Of a stretch of 64,000 bases of DNA, positions 41,512 through 54,362 are shown in pieces (the stretch's first letter is position 1; each line of letters begins with the position of its first letter). Origin of the DNA: Paragordius varius (Eukaryota > Animalia > Nematomorpha); assembly GCA_964247055.1 (NCBI GenBank), contig OZ176054.1:10974001-11038000 (forward strand), given 5' to 3'. Position numbers and translations under genes: made by a program. The notes beneath the pieces are model-generated. The model had not been told where the DNA came from. It saw nothing but the letters and a program-made list of their open reading frames with translations, and made no database searches.

Positions 41512-44500
41512 TTAAAGCTTTCTTTTCAAAGATTTAATTGTCTCTTCTTCGCCAGCATTTACGTCATGTACCACCATGGGGTTAAATTCGTTTTTCATGT
41601 GACAAAAAAACATTTTGATCAGAAAGTAATACGGTTTTTCTAATGTTCAGTAATAAGATTATTAATAATTATTTTGTAAAAAATATAAAATTATAATTCG
41701 TTTTAGTTTTTAAAAAAATTCTCTTCAAAACTCAAAATATTTATAAAATTACAAAACTACGTATTAAATCACCACCATAAGTTGCTTATTTCAAACTTAT
41801 TAAGGCAAAATTTAAATTTAGGGGCGGTTTAAATTTAAACCAAACTCATATAGCAATAAAAAATCATATCAAACTATGCGCTCTAAAAAATATTTACGCA
41901 TAAAAATATTCATCAATAATTTCAAAACCTTCAACTCCTGGCTTTATGTAGGGTATAATGGAAAAATTAGATAAGCATATTGCTCTAACAGCATCTGTCA
42001 ATGATTCAAATTCAACCAATGCATTTTGACATCTGGTCGTAACAATGTCTTTATCTAGATATTTACAGAAATAAAAATATAAATAATATTGACCAGGGGT
42101 GTCCTTTAAAATAATTTTACAGTCCACGAGAAATATTAAATGAATAATTTTATAAAGGCTAAGTAAAATTAATATTTTATCAATAGAAATTCTGAATAAT
42201 TTTAAATTTTGGCAATAAGCCAACCAAAATTGTTAAACGAAATAATAACGAGTACAGAGATATGTAAAATTTGCAACATACTTTAATTAATTAAAATCGC
42301 GTAATCTTAATAAATGTTTTATTACCCAAAAATTAAGGGTTAAAAACAATATGGTGTTTTCCTTATAAATTCTCTTGTTTTAGGAAATTTAAAATTTAAC
42401 TTTTCTGCCTACAGTGAGAAACTAATGATTTTTATTGTCAAAACCATATATATGTGATAACAACTGTGCAATATTTTAATAAAGGTATTTCTAATTTAAA
42501 CTTCTATCCCTTTTTAGCAATTTTAAACGTTAGGTTAAATTTTTAAATAAAAATATGGGTTCTTATGGCAATAAATAGATCTTTTCCTAAGACTGTCTCT
42601 GAAAGCAGAATACAACCAGTATTTATAATATATTATTATTTTTATATTCATTAAGTAAACTGATATTAAAATAAAAATAGGCACCTTGGTAGGCCAATAC
42701 ATTATCGGTATGAGATATTGTTGATAAAAATTGGATTTCGGATTCGCTAAAAATCATAATAGGCATTTATATATAGAAAATAAGCTGATAATATAAATTA
42801 TTTGTTGAAAATATATAAAACAATAATTTTAGAGGGAAGGGTTAAAATATAATCAATAAAATTAACTTTTTAATAAATCAATGATGTTAATAAATAACTA
42901 ATCTGGTTGCATTAAATTTAATTTTTTTTAATGTAAATATTTGGTATTATATAAAATCATATATTTACCTCCACTCTCCAACCATATATGATGCTTTAAC
43001 TTGTTCCGAGTCTAATGAAGACCCATTTTTCTATACAATATATACATTAATTTTTAAAATAACTTTCACAAACAAATGAATAAATGGAAAGATGGTAAAA
43101 AAATTACATAAAAATTAAAATTTTATAAAGAGGAAAAATAATAATTTTATAAAGAGGAAAAAAATATTTTAAAGGTCAGTCATAATTATTGCAAAATTTA
43201 TAATTAAGAGTACTGCTAATAATTCAAATACATATTCCATAATGCTACTGAAAAACATACGTTACTAGTATATTTGGTATAAAAAAAGCTTATATCTTTG
43301 TATTACTACTAGGTTTTTTTGTCTTTATAGGTTTCAAAACTTTTACTGTATTTAGATTTCCATATTTTAACGACAAATAAAGTTGTGCATACCTCATTTA
43401 ACGAAGTATCATTTATGGCATCAACATGATCATTATTCTCTATATTCAATTCCTTATTATTTTCCTGCATATCCGTTGTTTTGCTATCATTTTTAACATT
43501 ATCGACGATCAAATCTTTTTGTTTGGCGGGTAAAGATAGGGTTTTTTCACCACTGTAATTTCCACAAAGGATTCGATTAGGTACGGTTAAAATATCTTCA
43601 AACATACAAGTGAGTTTGTTAACGTTAATATCCACCGGAAGATTACATATGAGAATAAGTATTGTGGGAAAATGCAAGGAAATCGTATATAATGCCAGGT
43701 TAGTGTTGTCAGATTTTAATGCTAAAACCGTAACGTAATAAAACCACCATATAATAAATTAATTTTAAAGATATTTTGCAACATATTTGGGGTTTATTCG
43801 TCGTCCCCCCCTACGATATAATAAAGTGATAATAAACTTTTAATAAGGTCTTATAATTGAATATACCTGCCTAAAAATACTAGGGTGAGTATTTTAAGGC
43901 GCTTATGAGGAGTCTTAAATAAAATGTTAAAATTTACAAATTATTGGAAAAAACTGAATATATCAATTAAATACAAAAAAATTTTTTTTTAAATTCTAGA
44001 AAGGATCATTCATGATATGGATATAAAGCCATATATTTTTGTCCCACAAATGTTTACATTATAAGAAAAAAATGATATCCACAACAGAATAATTAATTTA
44101 TAAAAAAAATAGATTATTATATACCGGTAGTTTCCGAATTTTTAAAATCTCCGATAGTTTTGCGCATTTTCACACTTTCGGTCGAGGTTATTATGGGCGC
44201 TTTCTGTAAATGAATTTGCCTTACCAAGTGACTTGGTAAATCCAATCTATTTTGGATACGAAAAAAATTATATTAATTAATACCACACGATGAAAATTGG
44301 AAAAATATTTTGATTTAGCGCAATTTTAATTTAAATATAACAATTTTTATTACTTCAAAAACTTAAAATTACATATTTTTTATAGAGAAAACACTGGGAT
44401 ATTACAAAACTTGGTGTAAAATTGGGTTTTTTACTTAAAATAAAAATACAAAGCCCTAAAAATTTTCCCAGTAGTTCGATATATTCCATATTATAATAAA

Positions 44501-47500
44501 AGTAGAAAATAACAAAATTAAATATGTACATCAAATATCTTGCTTTTTTAATGAAAAAAAACCATTTTATTAAACCCAACTTTAAAATACAATAAAAATT
44601 TTTCCATAAAGATATAACTCGAATCTAACTAAACCATTTTATGAATTTTTTTTTCAGTAATCAAAAACTCAAACCCTACCCCCTTTCCTCATCCATAATA
44701 GCCAAGGCAGATTCCAACAAATTCATACTTAAGCTTTCTGTTCCATTCTTCTTAATTTCGCTTGCCTCCTGTTGAACAGAATTTAAGTTATAAAGAATAA
44801 TGGCATCATCTAAACTGTAAAGCGTAGTAAAATCTTCAATGTTAAAAGGACTCCCATCCGGTAAAACATGATGTAAAACTTCATTTTCTGGTTGGTCATT
44901 ATTTTCATTTTCATTTTCGTTAAAATGATTATAATATTGGAGCTTATCATTAGTTTGAGAATTTTGTAATACCACTGTTGATGTATGTTCGGAATATGTA
45001 TTTGAGGTCGTATTAGGTAAATTTTGTTGTTGAGTACTATACGGATAAGTAAAAAAAAAGGTTGAAATATTTTATTTATATATAAGGTTTTTTTTAACAA
45101 ACCCATAAAATGACTAAGTTTTAGAAATCTTTTTAAGAAAAATCGGCGTTTAAATATAATTTGACAAAGTTAAGTCAAGGAAAAAATATATTTTTTAAAA
45201 ATTAAACATGAGTTACGATATAATAAAATAAATGAATTGTTAGAGCTGCTAAAAAAATACGTTTAAAACCATGTTTTCTTAAAACTGGCTTATCCATATA
45301 TAAAAATAAAAAAAGTTTAGTACACTACTTATATTTTACTCTTTAAACTTCCATCAATTTATAGTAATAATAAGTATATGAGTGAATTCTCTATATTTTT
45401 AAGACCAAACACTGTATGTATAACATAAAATGTAATTAAAAATTTTTCACATATTTTGAAATTATTGGCTAATAACCATGTATTACCCTACACATTCCCA
45501 ACAAAATATCAATTTAAATACCCCTTATTTTACATATATATTCTTAATAATAAAATAATTTTTTTTTTACAAAATTTACCTAGCATTATCAGTTATTAAC
45601 GTTTCTTCTCCCATTAAATCGGCATAGATTTCATCGTCAACCTCTACGGCTGTATTAACTTCAATATTTATAGCATCATAATTTGAATCAGTCACATTAC
45701 TTTTTTGTTGGCCTAGGGTTTCAGATGATCCTATAATGATTTCTTGATCATTGGTCTGTATAATATCCGCGGTTTCTAATACTGCTGATGATGTAGATGT
45801 TCTATAAAGGAATAAAATAATGTGTAAAAGAAATTTATTTCAAATACAAGATATTTTTATGATCAAATTTATAAGAAAAAATTGTATTGTTGTCTTAAAA
45901 AACAACTCTTATATTTTTTTCGGAATTTCGGTTAATAATAAGTAGTTGTTTTTACAATCGTTTTAGGTCTGTAAAATGCAATGAAATATTTGTTAAGGCC
46001 CATATATTTTCCTGAAATGAGGCACGTTATGTCATTTATTGAGTTGGAGATCTCTGGTGCCAAATAATTTGCCATTAATTTAAAAAATGAATTCAAATAT
46101 TTTCTATATAATACTTGTTTTCATCCAGAGATGTGTCATTGGTTTCATGTTCCTACAAATAAAATTGGATATAAAAATTTAAGGACAACTAAGGTGGAGT
46201 TAAAGAATTTTTATTTACAAAAAAAAACCATAATTCTATATTGATTTATTTTGAGAATAACTAATTGTTTTGGGTTAGAAACAAGGCTATACATTAAAAA
46301 GACACTCCTTTTAAACTTAATATTGTGAGTTATACCCGACAAATTAATAAAAAATATGGTTTATTAAAAAAACAAACTTTCACTCTTTTGACCTTCTTAT
46401 ATAATTTAATTGTAAATACCAATAACTATATCAAAATTTTTCACAACTCTTAAACATACATAAAACTTATTAACAGTAACTTTCAAATCATCAAAACATA
46501 TAAAGTTTTTATGGTTATATTAATGTTTTAAACTGCTCTGGTTATTAATATTTGGAAATGCAAACCTCTTTAGTTTGATTTGTAGTCCCTTCACTTTTAA
46601 TTACATCTACCATTTCAACTGAAATAGTTTCTCCAATTATATTGCTACTATCATTTTCGTTTTCTACTGTTGAATCGATTTCTTGACAAGTTTGAGTTTG
46701 CATTTGTTGAATATTAGCCTTGTCACCATTATTTTTTGGAATATGCGGCGGTTGAGTATTTTCATAATCATCGTAAATCTCATCGTAAGCCAGAGGACTG
46801 GGTGCGACATGAATATATATGTTATGACTAACTTGAATCTATAATAGAAAATGGCAAAAATAATTATTATGAAATGGATATAAAAATTATGGTTATAGGA
46901 ACCCAAGCCGCCCTTAAAATGAGTGAGTTGAGATTTTCAATAAGAATTACATTTATATTCTACACACCTAGGAGCTTATGGTTTCATTAAAAGCCTCAAA
47001 TAACATTAAAAAGTGAAAAGGAATAATAATTTTAGGTATATTTGTAAAATAATAGTAATTATTAACCTATATTGGAAAAAAACTGATTAATTGAAATTAA
47101 TATAAAAAATAAATATAATATTTTTTTAAAAAAGGAATACAAATTGGGGCATGTTATTATGGAAAACGGTCAACTAAAAAGTTTTAATGTGATAGATATC
47201 CTAAAAAATTAAAACAAAATTTTGCAAATTCGATTGAAAAAGCAATAAATTAAAAAATAATAACTAGTTTAGAATGTATCATCCTACGTAAATTGCTAAA
47301 ATAATTTTGCAATATATTAGACAAAATAAAATGAATTCGATAATTTAAAATTTCGAAAATCATCAAAAAAATAATTAAATAAGCAAACCTCTTGTGAATC
47401 AGGATCTATAGTGAAAAATGTCAGTAACGGCATATGATTATTAAAACTGTCATCGATAAATAAGCCTTGTGCCGATTGACCATCCTTGTATTCCAATATA

Positions 47501-50500
47501 GCTCGATCAATGGGATCATGCAAAATTTTTAACTTTTTGTGTTTTACAAAAAATAATTAATCCACATTTAAATTACCATATATTAAAAATTATTAAATAA
47601 ATATTAAAACTTTATAGTGCTTTTTTAAAAATAACATTTACATTCAAATTAACATCCTTGAACAAACAATTCAAATTTAACCTAAAATAAATTGTGTGTT
47701 TTTTAAAGTTTAAAATTTTACCTATATTTTTTATAATTTTAAATAATAATAAAATTTTGTTTAAAATTAATATAATACTGTAAAAATATGAAATTATGCC
47801 ATGAGAATATTTTTCATATTAATGATGATTTATATTAGCCCAAAACACACAATTTATCTTTAGGGTGAATGTGAATTGTTCGAGAGTGAATTTGAATTGT
47901 AAATGAATTAGATGGAAAATCAAAAAAAAATTAATAATAGTATTTTTAAAAGTTTAGATATAAATGAATGCCAAATTTTTGTTAAATCTAAACCAAAAAC
48001 AAACGTTTTAAAGAGCGAAATTACAATATTTCAAAAAAAATTATTAAACAAATGAAAAAAATAAAGGAAAGGCTTTCTTTCAAATAATAAGATGATAATT
48101 AAATTTATTAAAATATTTATATCATTAAAATTGGTTACACCTTTTTGCCTTGCTATAAAATATAAAAATTTCACATACCTTATTAACTGTTCCAAAAGCG
48201 CTAAATAGATTAAACAGTTTTTTGCAATTCAGATGCCATATATCAATTCCATCAATAATCACAACTTTATCACATGCCCTGAATATGAAATATAAATACA
48301 AGTATGGTAATTGATAAAATTATATTTATTTACTCTAAAAAGGGAAAATTATACATATTTAATTCTAAAACAATAAAATTAGCAACAACAATAATAATAA
48401 TATCGAAATACTTGGATTTGACAAAAAAAACAGATTTTTACCATAAAACTGGAGTGAATGAGCTTAGTTAAAAAACTATACCAAAAACAAAAATACAATT
48501 CACAACTCAAATCCGTCAAACAGCTCAAATTACCCTAAAAATAAATTTTTGAAAATCAAAAAATTATAATACATATAAAATCAGAGATTACATAAAAAAT
48601 AGATAATATCATTAATGAGTTATAATAGTCCAAAAACACATAAATTATTTTAATGATGAATTCGAAATATTTAAGGGTGGATTTTGAATGTTTAATGGTT
48701 TATTTGAGATGTAAATGACAAATTTTAAATCAGTTTTTATATTTTAATCATAAATATAACTCCACATATTTTGTAGCAAATCTCATCTTTAAAAAGTCAA
48801 ATTTTAAAAAAATTACTATTTACCGATAAACTATGGATGAAAATGCGTCAGAGTTTGCAGTTTTATCTAATAGACCAACAGCCTTTGTTGTACCTCGCAA
48901 ACCGGTTTCTCTACGAAGTTTTGAAAGTCGATCGATACTAATTACGCCACCACTACTCTTACGATCACCTGTTTAGTTTGTTTTTTAAAAAACAAATACA
49001 GTAAAAATTGAAATTATACATACAGATAGAGAACGTAAAAATATAAAGGTAAAATTTTTTTTTTAAATACAACCATACTTATTTATATATATATATATAT
49101 ATAATTCATTTTTCAATCATATATTTTAAAACTAATTAATAATTGAAGGAAAAGAAAGGTTTAAAAAGTATGATTGTCTATAAAAAATATCTGTCTTTAT
49201 ATTTTAACGTTTTGTCTTTAAAATTTATATTTATCATTTTTGCACCCATGATTTACAAAATATATTTTTGCTTTGTTACTAATACGAAATCCATCATTGT
49301 ATATATCCCCAGAAAATTGATATAATTTCAAATTTTGAAAAAGGGTTCATTAAATTTGTACTAAAATAAATAAAAATAAAAACTTAAGAGTTTATGCGAT
49401 GTTATGTTGCTCTAAAGCGCTATAAAAATGAAAATCGTCATTATTTACAAGGTTTGTTAAAAAAAGTTCAATATTTTAAAACTGAAAGAAAAGGTAATTT
49501 TTAAATTACCTAATAAACGAGCTACAGAACCCCCTTTGGTAATGTTGGAAGGTGGTTTCAGATGAGTTAATTGGGGTCGAGATGAAATTGCTATATATCA
49601 TATATAAATATATAAATTTTAGGATTATTAACTTACGTAAACAAATTAAACTTATTGATTGATAAATTATGAGATATTACGGATCAAAATGATTATTTCA
49701 ATTATGGAAATTAATATATTTACTTAATTAGGTAAAAAATTATTGATCCATTTTTAATTGGAATTAATCTCCAAAATTAATATATTAACTTAAATTGTTT
49801 AATATATCATTTTTTAGATATTAAAAAAAGTTAATTTAACTAAAAAAATGATAGAATATAATAAAAAAACAGCATACGTGGTAAAAGTGTTCTTGGCCCA
49901 TTGCTATTTCCTCCAATCAAAGCGTTGGACGATTCAGTTGAACTTACACATGAAAAAAAATTATAATAAAAAGGATTTAATCGATATAAAATTTGCAATA
50001 TCATAAAATTTTCAACATAATTACTGGTCTAACCCCTAATAAACGCAAATTATCGTAAAAATTATAAACAAAGCAAAACAAAGTCAACCGCGCAAATAGT
50101 TATAATTTCGAGGTATTTTACATTAGTTTATAATTAGTGATTTATATTTTGACCAGTTATTTCTAAAAGTGGTTACATCAGAATTAATTCATTCACACCA
50201 AATACTAAACGGAATCATTATTGTTTATATAAAATAAATTCAAAACGCACTTTTTATAAGCATTTGTTCCACCTATACGGTCAAAAACAGAAGGCAATTT
50301 TCCACTGCGTCCATTTATGGTTGATGATGAAGCAATCAAGGGTGGACGTAAGGATTGAAGTTTATTCCTGTAAGACGTATTGGCATTAGCAGTCATATTA
50401 TCTCGCAGTAAAGATGAACCCTGATAAGGTGAAAGTAAAGGTCTGAGTGGTCCTCTTACATTGTTTTGGTGTCTACCGTAATTACTGTTTTGATTTGGGT

Positions 50501-53500
50501 GAAGAGATGGTCTATGTAATATTTAATTTTTGGATAAGAAAATAAATATATGAAACGCGTTTGATAGGAGAAAAAATTGGTATAAATTAGGGGAATAGAA
50601 GTGTAAAAATATTTGATCGGCAAGTTTTTATGTTTTGCAAAGCAGTATCAAAAACATACAGGGTGTGCGATTTAAAAGTTCATATACCGCAATACAATAA
50701 AAATATAAAACTTTAATGTTGGCCGATTATGCATTTTTTTATAACACTTTTACGATAAAATAATTTTTCAAGAAAATAAACATAAGAATGGTAAGATAAT
50801 GGGTAAAATATATGTTTATAAATATACAAGCGCAAAGATGCATGATGAGGATTTAAATGCTGGTTAGACTGCATTAAAGGTGGTGGCCCCAGTACATTAC
50901 TATTAATCCTATTATTTTGATGATGTGCATGATGCGTTTGCAAATATGACTGATGCGATGCTATTAATTAAACATATAGTATAAAATGATAAGGTGTATA
51001 TTCAGAATAAGTGTCAGAGAAAACGTCTTAAAATATTGCTTGGTGATATAAATAATTTTTTTAGCTTTAATGTTTATGAGATACGCATATAATAAAGTAA
51101 AGAAGAGGTAACTTATACCATACTTTTCTAATAATAATATAGTATAATATTTGCCAGTGATTAGATTATCAATTTGAATATGCCTATATTTTTGCACCCA
51201 CACATAATTTATATTTATAACATTTGGTAATACTTTCAAAATTTTATTGCTAGTATGGTTTATCCCTATGCTATACCTAAATGCGACGGTGGGGGTAAGG
51301 GTGGTGGTAAACCGCCCTGTTGTAAATGATGAGCCGACCCCAAAAAGTTTGTGGGTGGTTCATGGGGTGGTGGTTGCAATGAGGAGCCCACCATCCCTCC
51401 TAAACTACCTTCTCTTATATGATGAGACGAAGGTGAGGGGGAGTTATTGCTTGCACAAGCAGATGCCGCAGCGGCGGCCGCAGCTGATCGTTCGATCTTG
51501 AGAGCAGCTAGGGCGGCGGCTTTAGCAGCTGCTTGAGCGGCAGTTTCGCTCCCCGTAGATGTCAAGTATTGCTCATAGTACTGCTGATAGTATGGATGTG
51601 TTTTGATAGTCTTCAAGTCGTCATCAAGTGGTGCTGTTATTACGGTAGTTTCTGGCTTTAGCGACTGTTGATTGTCGTACCTATCAACAAAAAATGATGA
51701 TCACTTTAAGATTATAACGTAATAAAATAGGGTGTAAACCGGACAGTTTTTTGGTAAAACAATTAGCTGTTTAAAAACCGTGATTTGGATCTAAAAACGG
51801 TTATATGGAAAAAATCAAGCTTTAAAAGATATGATTGTTTTTGGTTATTTAACGCTTTATCAATTAACCTTATTAATAGAAATTTCAAGATAAAAGAAAT
51901 TTAAAAATTTATGATCTATGTGGTTTCACCATGTGTGCACCCCGTATGATAATATAAGCAATAAATAAGAAAGTTCGTCCTATTTATACAATTATTAAAT
52001 CTAAATCCACTTTGTATAACCGAAACTTTAAAAAGCCTACATCATCAGAATTTTATGAATCTTTTATATTTAAATCAATTATTTAAGCACCAAAAAATGT
52101 TAAATGAATAAATTGTTACCGATTATATGGGTTTGGTGGATTATTACTAAGATTAGAGAGACTTGGGCTGGGTGTAGGAACTGGTGTTGGAGGCAAAAAC
52201 GGAGGCGGTATCCCTACACCTGGGGGTAATGGAGGAGGAAATCCTGCACATAATAATAAATTTATAAATTAAAAAATATAATGTTTAAACACCTTAATCA
52301 AATTTAATAAATTGACCAGGATTTGGTACTGAAGTCAGTTTTTAAAATTAGTTTTATCCCAGAACAGTTGCAGTTCCTAACTCTAGTAAGGTTTAATTTT
52401 AAAAGCCGCGTCTTCAAAACTGCAAAAATATAAAACAACAGTCGGATTTTAAAATTAAAAAATCTTTTTAAACTTCCCAGTTTCGGCTCGGGTACCAGAA
52501 CTTTTGATATAATTTTTGCATAATTAAAGAAAAACATTACCATGAGGTAATCCAGGTATTTGATGTCTGATTCCCATATCTGTTCCTTGCAAGGGAGGAG
52601 GCATATAACCTGGAGGTACTATAAAAATTTATTATACATACAAAGAGAACTTTTATATTAAAAAGGATAAATTTTACAAATTAATCAATGTTCTATATAT
52701 ATAATTCTGAGTTTAATAGATATCACAAAAAATATTTAAACCCAACCTATTTTAAAACTGATTAGAAACTAATAAATGCCTTATACAGACAGATATATAG
52801 GAGTGTATAAAAATCTATAGAATACAATCTCAAACTATTAGTCTTATCAAAGCAAAACAAACTACCATTATATGGAATCGAAGCAGGGGGTGGAGGAACC
52901 AATCCTGGATTTTCCCGATATATGTCCCATGTTTGAGTGTCATTTTTATTTACTTTTAATTCATCCGTCTAAGAAAAATAGTGTACAGTAAAGTTTTAAG
53001 AGTAAAAAATAACTTGGAAAAGAACAGCAAATTTATATGAAAATCTGTCATTTTTTAAATAAAGATAATTTGTTTGGTAAACAATATATAGGGTAGTTGA
53101 ACAGCGGAAGATATACTAAATCGTATAACGGCATATAAAAGATCAGGGATTGAAAAAATGACAAGCCTAGTAAAATGGCAATATTTTACATATAAAATTG
53201 CAACTTTTTTCATGGAAAACCTAGAATACTATTTTATATACTTTGCCCTTTATCATATTAAATATACTGTAATTTACTATAATTAATCTATGCTAAAAAA
53301 GACTAACGAACAAATTATTTTTTTAAAAAAGGCATAAATACTCAAATAAAAGCTTTTTAGTGAAACAAAACTTAAAAATTTCCAATAATTTATTATAAAA
53401 TTAATAAAATACCCGTGCATATTCAATCTTAAGTGTACAACAATCGGCATATATATCGCATCCTTCAAGATTTTGCTTAACTTTTTGAGCTGTAAAAACA

Positions 53501-54049
53501 TCCAAAAACTGAACTAAGGCATGGAGTTCATTTTTATGAAATATGACAATTTTTATCACCTATTTTATTAATAGATAGTCAAAAACCTGTCCGTAAGGTT
53601 CACAAATTTTCTTAATCGTATCGACTGTTATGGAATATTTAGCATTATGTATAGTAAATAAGAGTATCTTTTGCGCCGGAGGTTGTCTATCCACCCTATT
53701 AGAACTACAAATCTTAAATAAATTTACCTATTCTTTTGTATAAATTGACTGGTAGAAAAATTAAAATAACACGGCACACCAGCGATGTTTAATGGTTTAG
53801 CAGGCTAATAAAATTATAGTAAAGCCAAAAACATACCGGACAAGTGCTGTAAATTAACCGTTTTGACGATTCTACATTATCAAACTCAATGAGGGCTTGA
53901 TTATTTTGCGGTAACATTAAAACGTTTACAATTTTACCATACGGTAAAAGTAAGTTTTTGATTACACTTTCGTTGGTTCCATTAGCTAAACCTCTGACAT
54001 GGACTACCCTAGAAGCAGGCGGTCTTTTCGGATCCATATTATTATTCAT
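41512..54049 (-). CDS. HNRNPL: hnRNP L-like four-RRM splicing regulator with a Pro/His/Ala-rich linker and large acidic insertions
   Basis: RRM1 PPASRVVHVRGL..QALIEF..YFNFSTSQ (53728-54049). RRM2 KILLFTIHN..IVIFHKN..LEGCDIYADCCTLKIEYAR (53413-53695), then LKVNKNDTQTWD (~52950). RRM3 LNCKKLFNLFSAFGTVNK (~48180-48240). RRM4 HFPTILILICNLP (~43650), NALVEFESLTDA (~42000) and last exon PYYFLIKMFF..* (41512-41639). The CCTLKIEYA motif is typical of hnRNP L rather than PTB. Not every internal exon boundary was verified. Confidence 0.85.
47633..47907. mobile_element. MITE family 1 copy
   Basis: Degenerate TIRs and conserved core, in an HNRNPL intron. Confidence 0.75.
48997..49225. mobile_element. 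MITE family 2 copy
   Basis: TACAGTAAAAATTGAAATTATAC left end; right end degenerate. Confidence 0.72.
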
Positions 54050-54362
54050 AATGATTTTGAGTACGGTTAAAACTTATATATATGGATAAAACACATGTGC
54101 TCAACATATGTTAATTTAAATATACATTTGTATGTTTTTTCTATCCATGATGGTTTTTGCTAATCATTAATATTTTTAATTTACCAAAATAAAAATTCAA
54201 GGTCGCATTTAATTTCACTACCATATATTTTCTATACAGAGAAAGCATTTCAAAAAAATCGATATTCCCTTTGTTATCTATATCGTTCTCCATACACGAT
54301 TATATACCTGTAAAACCTTTAATATTTTTTCAGGCTTAGATAAATAAGCAACAGTAATTACC
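54050..54362. promoter_or_regulatory. Probable bidirectional promoter region between HNRNPL and AMPD
   Basis: 313 bp between the inferred divergent ATGs. No specific motif identified. Confidence 0.45.

Noticed and set aside
45960-46075. Codon-like open stretch inside an HNRNPL intron as a poison exon (hnRNP L autoregulation)
   Set aside because: No convincing acceptor/donor pair and no CA-rich cluster nearby; the flanking exons join in frame without it.
51247-51501. Plus-strand 84-aa ORF (also 54278-54535 and 54549-54788 on the minus strand)
   Set aside because: Antisense shadows of real HNRNPL and AMPD exons.
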